A stretch of DNA of 62,459 nt from Verrucomicrobiales bacterium (GCA_038145765.1 JAYQQG010000004.1:1-62459), one strand, 5' to 3'; positions 40,246 through 49,609 are shown, counted from the stretch's first letter. Translations and numbers: made by a program. Notes: generated by a model not told the origin, from the sequence alone.

Positions 40246-42887
40246 GGTTTTACCTTGAAATACGCATTGATCTTGGGTTGTTTGATGCGAGTCAATTTAC
40301 CGTTGGGCCAACGCACCTCTACCCAGTCCACTTCAGTGGCTTGCCCCAATCCAAAATGACGTACTACCGGGTGCTGCGCCTTATAGGAATCTCCCGTAAC
40401 AACCGGCAGCATTTGCCGACGCCCTCCTGACTGCACCCAAACTTCTGCCCCTTGCGGCATATAGTTTGGGTTATCCAAGGGCAGCTGAACCCCCAGCCAA
40501 TGGTTGCCGGTTTGCATTTGGTTTTTTACCACGTGAACATAATTTACGAACCCGTGGGTTTTGTAGGTGTTCCGCAACTTATCCCGCTCCACAACCAGCA
40601 AATCCGCCCGGCCATCCACATCGAGATCCGCCGACACCACGCTCCGGCTATCGAATTCAAATGATAGTCCCGCCAAAAATGAAATGTTGGCATACCTCCC
40701 TGTTCCTTGATTCACGAATAATGCATTATGTTCGTATCCGTTCCATGAAATGGTCTGCCCCAGACCCGCCATGCAATGCCGATACACCCCGGTCATCACA
40801 AAACTGTCGCGCGATGACCCATCACGCAGATCATGCCGCCAAAATGTGGTGCAATAATCCTGTGCTGATTTGGCACTGAGATTGCCATTCGCGATATAGA
40901 GGTCCCGATCCCCGTCATTGTCAAAATCCCAAGGCGTACATCCCCAGGACCAGCCCGTGCGCGCCACCACATCATTGTAGTCGGGTTGCTGAAACCGGCC
41001 TGATCCTTGGCCTAACAATAATCGGTTCCCATATCCCATTTGAGGCGCAATGTCCAAATGTTCAAACCCGCGCTTTCCTTGCCCCAACCGCGTGAGCCGG
41101 CGCGCAGTCGTGGATCCCATACCAGTCATATAAACATCCAACTGCCCGTCTCCATTAAAATCGGCCAAGGCATGGCTCATGCCAAAACTGTACCTTGCAT
41201 CTCCCAGTGCTTGGGTGACGTCGTTGAATTTTCCAGATCCATCGTTTAAAAACAAATCTATACCTGCAAAATCGCTCACCACCACCAAATCCAAATCACG
41301 ATCCGCATCCAAATCCACCAGCGAAGCACTAAACGTGCGGCGCCGGTTCCGCTGCCCTAAACCGGCAGCTTGCGTTCCATCTGAAAACCCTCCCTGACCA
41401 TCATTGATCAACAAGAACGCCGGGGCCCCATCATTGGCATCATGATAGGGCGTCGGCATTTGGCCGGCCCCGTACGGGGGCTTGTACTGAGCCAGATACA
41501 CATCCAAATCCCCATCGCCATCCACGTCACCGGTCGTGATGCATTGAGCGAAATTCATCGGCGGCAGTTCAACCGTCCGCGGTGGGAATTCAAAATGTCC
41601 ATCGCCGGTTCCCCGAAACAATGCGGGCACCGCCCCATTGGCCACAGCAAACAGGTCCAACTGTCCGTCCCGATCGAAATCTGCGAGCACGGCTGCCACC
41701 AGTTCACGGCGTAATTTCGGCAGGAGCGGCCGCGCTTTAAACTTCATGTTACCTTGGTTCAGGTACAACCGATTGGCGCCCGCCATGATGATATCCGGCA
41801 AGCCATCCCCGGTCACATCCTCCACCAACAGCGGGGCCGCTAATACATTTGCCGCGGCGCCGTTTTGAGCAAGTCGCCGCAACCGTTCCACGCGTTCCGG
41901 ATCGTCTTTCAGCACATCCAATACTTGTGGTTCAGCAAACATCTGCGGGCCGTCACGGCGGAATAGATCCAACGCCAAGACCTTTAACTGTTCAGCTATG
42001 GGGCGTCCTGAAACACTCTTCTGGTTGGACCAAGTGATCTCCAGCCGAAAACGTAAAATCATTCGTTCACTGCCCCGCGTTGCATGCGCCACCACTTTGA
42101 ATTCGGACCGTGCCGGCTGCTCCCCCTGAGCCGGCTCAAACACTTCCTGATGCCATTCCGTTTCCACCAGTTGATATCCCTGCTGTTTCCATTCTTCAAC
42201 CTGCTGCTGCCACTGTTCACGTGTTTTGGTGGTCACGATCGGCTCAAATTTGGATTGGGTTACCGAATGCTGATGCTCTAGTGTTTGACGCTTCTGGACC
42301 CAGCCCACACTCGTGAACATAAAATCATGGAGGGGTTGCCAGTCATGGCGCGCTCCTCGCAAATCGTCCCACAGTTGAACCACGGTTAATTCATATTCCT
42401 GCGCCTTCACTTCGTCACTCCACGTCTCAAGATCCATCGCCTCACGGGAACGGGTGGCGGCCTGAATCTGCGCCTTTAACTTTTTAGTGGCATTCCCTTT
42501 CTCCCGGATTAACCGGCCCTCATGATACTCCGCCACGAATTCCTCCAATCCATCCCTTGAGCGCTCACGCTGGATGCCATGACGGACACCTTGGCGCCAA
42601 CTCCCTTCCCTTTTTAACTCGCCATTTAAGTACCACTCGCGTTCGACCCCATGCAACAACCCGTCTTGATAATGGCGCTCCCGGGAGGCCTCCCCGTTTG
42701 GCCAGGATTCGGCCACGACTCCGCTGAAGCGTTCGCCTGTCGATTTAAGGTAAAGACCGTTCGCCTTGGTCTCCACTTGATCCGGCGTCACCCGTGGCAG
42801 CGCCGATGGAACGGCTTGTTCGGAGGTGCGACGGCAAGCGGTTAATCCAGCCAACAGGATGATCAAAAAACAGGCTATCGGTTTCAT
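40242..42887 (-). CDS. Lipoprotein with MORN-variant repeats, conserved unassigned module, FG-GAP/VCBS propeller and UnbV/ASPIC domain (CRTAC1-like); array member 3 of 4
   Basis: 881 aa with lipobox LAGLTAC. It has the same motif order as the other members (ETEWHQE, GDVDGDGDLDVY, VDLDADRDLDLVVVSDF, ADFNGDGQLDVYMTGMG, WDFDNDGDRDLYIANG, VVTGDSYKAQHP...HFGLG). Its start shares 1 nt (TAATG) with the upstream stop. Confidence 0.85.
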   Translation of the reverse strand: MKPIACFLIILLAGLTACRRTSEQAVPSALPRVTPDQVETKANGLYLKSTGERFSGVVAESWPNGEASRERHYQDGLLHGVEREWYLNGELKREGSWRQGVRHGIQRERSRDGLEEFVAEYHEGRLIREKGNATKKLKAQIQAATRSREAMDLETWSDEVKAQEYELTVVQLWDDLRGARHDWQPLHDFMFTSVGWVQKRQTLEHQHSVTQSKFEPIVTTKTREQWQQQVEEWKQQGYQLVETEWHQEVFEPAQGEQPARSEFKVVAHATRGSERMILRFRLEITWSNQKSVSGRPIAEQLKVLALDLFRRDGPQMFAEPQVLDVLKDDPERVERLRRLAQNGAAANVLAAPLLVEDVTGDGLPDIIMAGANRLYLNQGNMKFKARPLLPKLRRELVAAVLADFDRDGQLDLFAVANGAVPALFRGTGDGHFEFPPRTVELPPMNFAQCITTGDVDGDGDLDVYLAQYKPPYGAGQMPTPYHDANDGAPAFLLINDGQGGFSDGTQAAGLGQRNRRRTFSASLVDLDADRDLDLVVVSDFAGIDLFLNDGSGKFNDVTQALGDARYSFGMSHALADFNGDGQLDVYMTGMGSTTARRLTRLGQGKRGFEHLDIAPQMGYGNRLLLGQGSGRFQQPDYNDVVARTGWSWGCTPWDFDNDGDRDLYIANGNLSAKSAQDYCTTFWRHDLRDGSSRDSFVMTGVYRHCMAGLGQTISWNGYEHNALFVNQGTGRYANISFLAGLSFEFDSRSVVSADLDVDGRADLLVVERDKLRNTYKTHGFVNYVHVVKNQMQTGNHWLGVQLPLDNPNYMPQGAEVWVQSGGRRQMLPVVTGDSYKAQHPVVRHFGLGQATEVDWVEVRWPNGKLTRIKQPKINAYFKVKP

Positions 42888-45502
42888 TATTTTGGCTGAA
42901 CCCTGTGCACTTGATTGATTGCCGGCAAAGCCCAGCGCAAAGGCTTCTTGCCGGGCTGTTCGATGAGCACTTCCTTCACCTGTTCAGCAGCGCCCAAGCC
43001 AAAGTGCAAGCGCGCCGGATGTTGCGCATTATAGGAATCACCGGTCACCACGGGCAACACTTGCGCCCTTTCAGCTGTACGCACGGTTACTGTGGTACCA
43101 ATTGGATTATCGGCCGGGTTAAACTGGACCGCCAGCCAGTTTCCAGCTTGAGAAAGTTGGTTGCGCACCAAGTGCAGATAATGCTCAGCCCGGCCTGTCC
43201 CATGGCGATTGGTCAACTGATCCATCTGCACCACTATCAAATCCGTACGGCCATCCCCATCCAAATCGGAGGCCACCACCGAGCGGCTATCAAATTCGAA
43301 ACCGACCCCCATTAAATATCCCACGTTGAGATAGAGACCTTCTCCTTCATTAAGCAACAAGGCATTGTGTTCGTAGCCGTTCCAGGACACCTCTTTCCCA
43401 AGGCCTTTCATGCAGCGATTGTACACTTCCTGCATTAACAGAGTCTCCGTCGAGATCCCATCGCGAATATCGTGACGCCAAAATGTGGTGCAATAATCCT
43501 GTGCCGAGCGGGCACTGAGCATTCCATTGGCCACATATAAGTCGCGGTCGCCATCATTATCAAAATCCCACGGAGAACAGCCCCATGACCATCCGGTACG
43601 CGCGAGGCGATCATTGTAGGAAGCCTGCGCAAACCGGCCCTGTCCATTCCCCAAAAACAAGCGGTTCCCATAACCCATATCCGGCGCCGCATCCAAATGC
43701 TCGAATCCTTTCTCCCCAAGCCCCAGCCCCGCCAAACGGCGGGCCGTGGTGGAGCCCATTCCCACCATGTAAATATCCAGCGCACCGTCCCCATCAAAAT
43801 CCGCCACGGCATGGCTCATGCCAAAACTATGGCGTGTTTTTCCCAAGTGATCGGTCACCTCTTTAAATCTTCCCTGCCCCTGATTCTCATAAAGATCAAT
43901 GCCGGCAAAGTCACTGATGACCATCAAATCCAAGTCGCCATCCCGGTCCCAATCCACGCAGGATGCACTATAAGTCCGGCGGTTACGCTTGGCCCCCAAG
44001 CCGGCTTGCAAGGTGCCGTCCACAAATCGGCCTGTTCCATCGTTCAACAATAATGCCGCGGGAAATCCATCATTGGCATCATAATACGGGGTGGGCATTT
44101 GGCCGCCACCGTACGGAGTCTTATATTGAGCGACAAACACGTCTAGATCCCCGTCTCCATCCACATCACCAGTTGCCGCGCATTGGGGAAAGGTAAACCG
44201 TGCGGATCGGCTGATCATTGCATTCGATCTTTGAAACCCCTTTCCATCGGCTTGTCCGGGAAACACCACAGGCCAACCATCCGGCGCAATCGCAAACCAA
44301 TCCAAAATTCCATCTCCATTAAATTCCCCCAATGCCCCGGTCCGAAACCGGATTGGTTTCCCCTCAATAAGGGGCTGTTTCTCAAACTGGAATTCTCCGC
44401 GGTTGCGATACATAATCCCACTGCCCCCGAGAATGATTTCCGGCAGTTGATCCCCATCCAGATCTTCCACAATTAGCGGTGCTGGAAATATGCTCGCTCC
44501 TTCCTGCCGTTTCAGGGCCTCAATATTTGGATCATCTAAGGTCAAATCTTTAACGGCTTTCACCGCAAATACCGGCTCACCTGCCCGCTCCCAAGCCCGC
44601 AAAGATTCCACCACCAACTTAGTCGGGCGTTTTTGATCATCCCACCGGACATGCAATGAAGCCTGAATAATGAACCGGCGCGGTTCGGGGTTGGGCTGTC
44701 GCAGGTGCAGGCGTACTTTGAAAATGGACTGAGGCGAGCTTGCATCTGGCACAAACTTTTCCTGATGCCATTCCGATTCCTCTAACAACCACCCGGCCTG
44801 TTCCCATTCAGCAATTTGTGCCAGCCAAGTTTCCCGCGTCCAAACCCGTGGTTCCGATTTCGGTTCGAGTTCGTCGATGCCCCAACTCCGCTGAATTATT
44901 CTCCCCCATTCCGGTGCAGATAAGGATTGAAACGAAAACGTTTTTATAACTTCCCATGGATTCTCTGCCTCGCGCAACGCATCCCAGAGCTGAACGAATA
45001 TTTTCTCGTGGTCTTGAGCCGCCATTTCACCTGCCCAAACCGTTTGATCCATCCTTTCCCGTTCCGCCATTGCCGAAGCCACCTTGCCTTGCAACGCTTG
45101 AGTCGGGTGTGTCTCGCGACGAACGACCTGCCCCTTTTGGTTGTACTGAGTATCTGTGCGCAATAGCCCATCACTGGACCACTCGTGAACGATGCCGGAA
45201 GGAATCCCCTGAACCCATGCACCCTCGAGCGCCTTGGAGCCGTCCGCATGCCATTCCACACTGGCCCCATGGCGTTTGCCGTCCTGAAAATGAATCTCCG
45301 CTTTGGGTTTTCCATTTGGAGTATAATCCCGAAGCAGTCCGGTAAACAATTCACCGGTCACCTTGTCTCGAACAACGCCGTCATGAGCCAGCAATTGGGT
45401 CGATGACCGAACGGTAAGCTGAACCGTCGGCGGGGATTCGCGCGCCTCCCGGCCGCATCCCATCCAAACCATTAAGCAAAGCACAACCCCCAGCGGCTTC
45501 AT
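42887..45502 (-). CDS. Lipoprotein with MORN-variant repeats, conserved unassigned module, FG-GAP/VCBS propeller and UnbV/ASPIC domain (CRTAC1-like); array member 2 of 4
   Basis: 871 aa with lipobox LMVWMGC. Motifs are ESEWHQE, GDVDGDGDLDVF, VDWDRDGDLDLMVISDF, ADFDGDGALDIYMVGMG, WDFDNDGDRDLYVANG and VVTGDSYNAQHP...HFGLG. There is an ATGA overlap with the upstream stop. Confidence 0.85.
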   Translation of the reverse strand: MKPLGVVLCLMVWMGCGREARESPPTVQLTVRSSTQLLAHDGVVRDKVTGELFTGLLRDYTPNGKPKAEIHFQDGKRHGASVEWHADGSKALEGAWVQGIPSGIVHEWSSDGLLRTDTQYNQKGQVVRRETHPTQALQGKVASAMAERERMDQTVWAGEMAAQDHEKIFVQLWDALREAENPWEVIKTFSFQSLSAPEWGRIIQRSWGIDELEPKSEPRVWTRETWLAQIAEWEQAGWLLEESEWHQEKFVPDASSPQSIFKVRLHLRQPNPEPRRFIIQASLHVRWDDQKRPTKLVVESLRAWERAGEPVFAVKAVKDLTLDDPNIEALKRQEGASIFPAPLIVEDLDGDQLPEIILGGSGIMYRNRGEFQFEKQPLIEGKPIRFRTGALGEFNGDGILDWFAIAPDGWPVVFPGQADGKGFQRSNAMISRSARFTFPQCAATGDVDGDGDLDVFVAQYKTPYGGGQMPTPYYDANDGFPAALLLNDGTGRFVDGTLQAGLGAKRNRRTYSASCVDWDRDGDLDLMVISDFAGIDLYENQGQGRFKEVTDHLGKTRHSFGMSHAVADFDGDGALDIYMVGMGSTTARRLAGLGLGEKGFEHLDAAPDMGYGNRLFLGNGQGRFAQASYNDRLARTGWSWGCSPWDFDNDGDRDLYVANGMLSARSAQDYCTTFWRHDIRDGISTETLLMQEVYNRCMKGLGKEVSWNGYEHNALLLNEGEGLYLNVGYLMGVGFEFDSRSVVASDLDGDGRTDLIVVQMDQLTNRHGTGRAEHYLHLVRNQLSQAGNWLAVQFNPADNPIGTTVTVRTAERAQVLPVVTGDSYNAQHPARLHFGLGAAEQVKEVLIEQPGKKPLRWALPAINQVHRVQPK

Positions 45503-48159
45503 TCACTACCCTCCAAGGTGTGGTATTGGTTGCGATCGGGTTTCGGCCACTCGGTTGATTTTCCGTCAGGCCAAATGATCTCCATTCTGGCGACCTCAGC
45601 GTTTCCCAGCCCAAAATGCACACTGGTGCCGTGCTGTGCCTTCCAAGAATCCCCGGTGACCACCGGCAGTTCCTGTGTCAGTCCATTTGTTTGATGCACC
45701 CGAACGCGTGCCCCCCAAATCGGCCGGCCGGGTTCCGGCTTTAAATGTAACCCGATCCAGGCGTTTTCTTTGGGGGATAAATTGCGGACCAACCGGATTT
45801 GCCCATCCCGCTGTCGGTCATTGCCCTGTTCTTTTTCCACCACCAACAGATCCACTCTTCCGTCCAAATCCAAGTCAGCCGAAACCACTGAGCGACAGTC
45901 GGATTCGATCGAGAGCCCCAGTAGATGCGAGATGCTTTGGTAATTCCCGTTCCCTTGATTCAGATACAATACGTTATGCTCGAACCCATTCCATGACTCG
46001 GTCACCCCCAAGTCTGACTGACATTCCTTGAATACTCCCGCCATCACCACACTTTTAACGTCGATCTTCGGTGTGTAAATATCGTGTCGCCAAAATTTAG
46101 TGCAGTAATCTTTTGCGGATTTACCGCTGATGTGTCCATTGGCAATGTACAGGTCGCGGTCTCCATCGTTATCAAAATCCCAGGGGGTACAGCCCCAAGC
46201 CCAACCTGTCCGGGCCAATTGATGATTATACGGGGCCTGTTTAAACCCGCCTTGGCCGTCGCCTAATAGCAATCGGTTGCCGTAACCCATTTTCATCCGG
46301 GCCGCCTGCACCGATTCAAACCCTTTACGGCCCAGCCCTAAATGTTCCAGACGCCGCGCCGTTGTGGAGCCCATCCCCACCATATAGAGGTCCATATTTC
46401 CGTCTGCATTAAAATCGGCGAAAGCATGGCTCATCCCAAAGGAGTAATGGGCGGTTCCCAATGTCTCGGTAATATCGTTAAACCGCCCCTTGCCATCGTT
46501 GAGGTACAGATCGAGTCCGGAGAAATCACTTACCACCACCAAGTCCAAATCATGGTCTCCATCCAAATCCACCAAGGACGCACTATACGTCCGCCGCAAT
46601 CGTTTCGCCGCCAAACCAGCGGCAACCGTGCCATCGGTAAACTGGCCTTTCCCGTCATTGATTAACAAATATGCCGGCAGCCCATCCAGCGCGTCGTAAT
46701 AAGGTGTGGGGGCCCGCCCAGCGGTATAAGGATTTAAATATTGCGGGACAAAGGCATCGAGATCGCCGTCCCCATCCACATCCCCTACCGCCACAGCCGA
46801 TGGGTCACTCAGTTGAGTCCGCGCAATCTTTTCCAGGCTAATCAACGGCGGCTCGGCAAACCGGCCATCGGGTTTCCCCGGGAATACCATGGGCTTTTCA
46901 GCCGGCCCGAATGTCAACAAATCCGGCCGGCCATCCCCGGTAAAATCCACGACCGCCGCCGCATCGGGAAACTGGCCACGCCCGCCACTCAACAATGGCT
47001 CGGGCTCAAACCGAAACGCCCCGCGGTTCCAATAGATCAGGTTGGAACCGGTCGGGATAATCTCTGGCAGATGATCCCCGTTCAGGTCTCGCACCAGTAA
47101 AGGAGCCGGATCGACCCCTCCCGGAATGCGTGCCCGCGTAAACTGCGGATTATCCCTTCGCACCTTGAGCAACCCGGCTGTTTCAAAGGGAAGAACTCCG
47201 GCCCGGCGCCATTCGCTCAGTTTCTCAACCACGAGTTTCCGGGGCAGCCAGACCCCGGCCTCATTTTTGGTATCTCCCCAATAAACCCGCAGGGCCCCCC
47301 GTAAAATCAACCGCTCCCCTCCTGATTTCGTGTGCGCATGCAGGGTGAATTTAAACAGAGAACGAGCCCCTTCCGGGGACGGATCAAACTCTTCCTGATG
47401 CCATTCAGATTCATCCAATACATACTGTTCGGCCCATATCCCCAGACCCTGCTCCCACTGTTTATGGTTCACTTGCTCGGCCGGTGCGCTCCATTCTCGC
47501 AACCGTATACCCCAGTCGTGCATTACCGGTGCCCCCGGTTGGCCCCAGGAGATGGCTTCAAACGGGAATTCCTTCCAGACCTCCCAACCGTGTTGCGTCG
47601 CCCGCAATCGATCCCAAAGATGAACAAACGTGCGCTCGAAGTCCTGTGCCTGCACCTCATCCTTCCAGTCCTTTTGATCCAGCTGTTCGCGTTGCTTCAA
47701 CTCCGCATCAATCTGCACCTGCGCCTTTTCCGAAGCGCCCGTTTCATCAGAGATCAGTTTACCCTCCCGATATACCATCGTGCGCTTTAACAAGCCATCC
47801 GGCGACCATTCGGTCACGGTGCCGACCGGTTGGCCCTGCTTCCATTCCCCCTGCAATCCCAATTGGCCCGTTTCATGCCACGCCTTACTCGGACCTTCAC
47901 GCAGCCCTTCCACAAACGAATATTCCAGACGTGGTGTTCCATTTGGCCATTTCTCATACTGAACCCCGGTAAATGGCATGCCGGTGGAACGTAGCAGCAT
48001 CCGCCCGTCCGGCTGCTGGGCCAGTTTCAGCAGACTAACTCGCCCCTCATCTTGACTCGCCGTTTCGACCGAAGACCGGTCACACCCCAGCATGAGTCCC
48101 ATGCAAAGAATTAGGGTAAATATCGGAATTGATAATGAAGCAATTTTTCTCTCGCTCAT
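45499..48159 (-). CDS. Lipoprotein with MORN-variant repeats, conserved unassigned module, FG-GAP/VCBS propeller and UnbV/ASPIC domain (CRTAC1-like); array member 1 of 4
   Basis: The ORF 45499..48384 is trimmed to Met76 (ATG at 48159), giving 886 aa. That Met opens a lipobox signal (MSERKIASLSIPIFTLILCMGLMLGC), matches the paralog lengths and removes the overlap with the + strand gene at 48218. Motifs are ESEWHQE, GDVDGDGDLDAF, VDLDGDHDLDLVVVSDF, ADFNADGNMDLYMVGMG, WDFDNDGDRDLYIANG and VVTGDSWKAQH...HFGLG. Confidence 0.85.
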   Translation of the reverse strand: MSERKIASLSIPIFTLILCMGLMLGCDRSSVETASQDEGRVSLLKLAQQPDGRMLLRSTGMPFTGVQYEKWPNGTPRLEYSFVEGLREGPSKAWHETGQLGLQGEWKQGQPVGTVTEWSPDGLLKRTMVYREGKLISDETGASEKAQVQIDAELKQREQLDQKDWKDEVQAQDFERTFVHLWDRLRATQHGWEVWKEFPFEAISWGQPGAPVMHDWGIRLREWSAPAEQVNHKQWEQGLGIWAEQYVLDESEWHQEEFDPSPEGARSLFKFTLHAHTKSGGERLILRGALRVYWGDTKNEAGVWLPRKLVVEKLSEWRRAGVLPFETAGLLKVRRDNPQFTRARIPGGVDPAPLLVRDLNGDHLPEIIPTGSNLIYWNRGAFRFEPEPLLSGGRGQFPDAAAVVDFTGDGRPDLLTFGPAEKPMVFPGKPDGRFAEPPLISLEKIARTQLSDPSAVAVGDVDGDGDLDAFVPQYLNPYTAGRAPTPYYDALDGLPAYLLINDGKGQFTDGTVAAGLAAKRLRRTYSASLVDLDGDHDLDLVVVSDFSGLDLYLNDGKGRFNDITETLGTAHYSFGMSHAFADFNADGNMDLYMVGMGSTTARRLEHLGLGRKGFESVQAARMKMGYGNRLLLGDGQGGFKQAPYNHQLARTGWAWGCTPWDFDNDGDRDLYIANGHISGKSAKDYCTKFWRHDIYTPKIDVKSVVMAGVFKECQSDLGVTESWNGFEHNVLYLNQGNGNYQSISHLLGLSIESDCRSVVSADLDLDGRVDLLVVEKEQGNDRQRDGQIRLVRNLSPKENAWIGLHLKPEPGRPIWGARVRVHQTNGLTQELPVVTGDSWKAQHGTSVHFGLGNAEVARMEIIWPDGKSTEWPKPDRNQYHTLEGSE

Positions 48160-48217
48160 TTTTTGAATTTGATTACAATGCATCCCTATTTGCCAATCAA
48201 GCAAACAGTATCCGAAT

Positions 48218-48421
48218 ATGAAAAAAACCATTGTTACCATCACAGCAACTCTCGCTCTGGCTACCCTGACCATCGGCTGCGGCGGCGAAGCGGAACCCAC
48301 CGAACCCACTGCCGCAGATAACGCGGAGAACAGCCAAGCCAACGAAAACACCGAGGGCGGTGATCCTTCCAGCGAGGAATCCAATCAAGGCGGCAGCACT
48401 CCGGGCAAGCCCCAGAACTAA
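48218..48421 (+). CDS. Small acidic, low-complexity lipoprotein (67 aa)
   Basis: Lipobox signal MKKTIVTITATLALATLTIGC is followed by an E/N/S/G/P-rich tail. A strong rho-independent terminator lies 29 nt downstream. The gene is divergent from the array, 58 bp from its start. No clear Shine-Dalgarno sequence is present. Confidence 0.55.
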   Translation: MKKTIVTITATLALATLTIGCGGEAEPTEPTAADNAENSQANENTEGGDPSSEESNQGGSTPGKPQN

Positions 48422-48449
48422 GCCGTTACTGAACCCAACGATTTGCACA

Positions 48450-48474
48450 GCCCCCGTTAACGGGGGCTTTTTTG
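48450..48474 (+). terminator. Rho-independent terminator of the small lipoprotein gene
   Basis: Stem-loop GCCCCCG-TTAA-CGGGGGC (48450-48467) followed by TTTTTT. Confidence 0.75.
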
Positions 48475-48500
48475 TTGGCTTGTTGAAAATCATGGCCATC

Positions 48501-48530
48501 AAAAAAGGCGCCACTCTCGTGGCGCCTTTT
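48501..48530 (-). terminator. Rho-independent (potentially bidirectional) terminator downstream of 48545..49576
   Basis: Stem-loop GGCGCCAC-TCTC-GTGGCGCC (48507-48526), flanked by AAAAAA on the left (a U-run on the minus strand) and TTTT on the right. Confidence 0.7.
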
Positions 48531-48544
48531 GAATACCGGATGGT

Positions 48545-49576
48545 CTAGTTCCAACGGTTCCCCGCCTGTGAAGGACGGATAAACACGAGGTTTGGACCCC
48601 CATAATTTTGTTTTTGGTGGTGCCCGCCTGACTTGTAGGACTCAGCGTGCTTCACCGCAATGGCTTTGTACTCCGCATCGCCAGATGTCTGAGATGTGGA
48701 GCCATCGGACATCACGATGTTGCCCTGACCTTCAGTCAGGCCACTCATGGCATAGTCCTTGGATTCAGACGCCCCGTAGAAGTGGGGGTTCAGCAAGGTT
48801 TGGGCATCAAAGTTGGAGTTATCCGCCTTGTCGCCGTAGGCATCAAAGGCAGCCTTATCCACCGCCATCACTGCCTCACCGCGCCAATCGTTACCGTACA
48901 TCTCCGTGCCGCCGTATTTCCAGCCGCCGCCCCAGCCATCACCATGGCCGAACTTGCGAAGGAACTCCGTCGTGCCCACCCCAGCGGTGGTCGCCATATT
49001 GCGCGTGGTCGCGATGATCGTCTCGGGCAACAACGCATCGGCGCCCTGAGCTAAGGCGTAGCTTTGACGGTTCGGATCAATCCAGGAACCATGCGAACCA
49101 CTGCCCGTGCCGTTCAATTGTTCCCAGCCGTAAAGCTTATGGCCGTGTTCGGCATTGTTCATCTGCTTCATGTGGTTTGAGTAAGCCTTGGGATCCGAAG
49201 GCGAAACGGCCGCTTCGGCCTTGCCTAATTGATCCACATACTCAAAACCCCGCATCCAACCGGCGACCTGATAGGGGTTTTGCCAGTCACGCCAGCCCTT
49301 GGCTTTCATAAGATTATTATCGCGGTTGGCCAGTGCCGGATCATCCAGATGGAAAAATCCATCCGCGCTGGTTGCGTAACCCTGATATGCTTTGCCGATT
49401 TGGCCCAGCTTGTTGGCGCATTTCATGCGATTGGCTTTGGCTTTCGCCTTGGCCAAGGTCGGTAACAACATGCTGGCCAGAATACCAATAATGGCGATCA
49501 CAACCAACAGTTCAATCAAAGTGAAAGCCGCCTTGCGGTCAGCCATCAGCTTACGAACCTTTTGAGTTAATTTCAT
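48545..49576 (-). CDS. Prepilin-type N-terminal cleavage/methylation domain protein (DUF1559-like, degenerate H-X9-DG)
   Basis: 343 aa. The N-terminus reads [50 protein letters not shown]. The C-terminal GNIVMSDGS keeps the DG but not the His. The RBS is AGGAGA, 7 nt upstream of the ATG. Confidence 0.8.
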   Translation of the reverse strand: MKLTQKVRKLMADRKAAFTLIELLVVIAIIGILASMLLPTLAKAKAKANRMKCANKLGQIGKAYQGYATSADGFFHLDDPALANRDNNLMKAKGWRDWQNPYQVAGWMRGFEYVDQLGKAEAAVSPSDPKAYSNHMKQMNNAEHGHKLYGWEQLNGTGSGSHGSWIDPNRQSYALAQGADALLPETIIATTRNMATTAGVGTTEFLRKFGHGDGWGGGWKYGGTEMYGNDWRGEAVMAVDKAAFDAYGDKADNSNFDAQTLLNPHFYGASESKDYAMSGLTEGQGNIVMSDGSTSQTSGDAEYKAIAVKHAESYKSGGHHQKQNYGGPNLVFIRPSQAGNRWN

Positions 49577-49609
49577 TGTTTTCTCCTGTTTTATGGTTTT
49601 TCGATTTAC

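Noticed and set aside
37597-48159. Reading the MORN-variant N-termini as 'YwqK family antitoxin', which would make this a toxin-antitoxin or defence locus.
   Set aside because: The repeats are embedded in ~880-aa exported lipoproteins, and no toxin-like, nuclease, ATPase or other defence-type partner is present. The TA label attached to this repeat family does not fit the context.
48160-48384. 75-codon N-terminal extension of the first array gene (ORF track start at 48384).
   Set aside because: The extension overlaps the + strand small lipoprotein gene and its promoter region, and it has no counterpart in the three paralogs. The internal Met at 48159 opens a proper lipobox signal and gives a paralog-like length.
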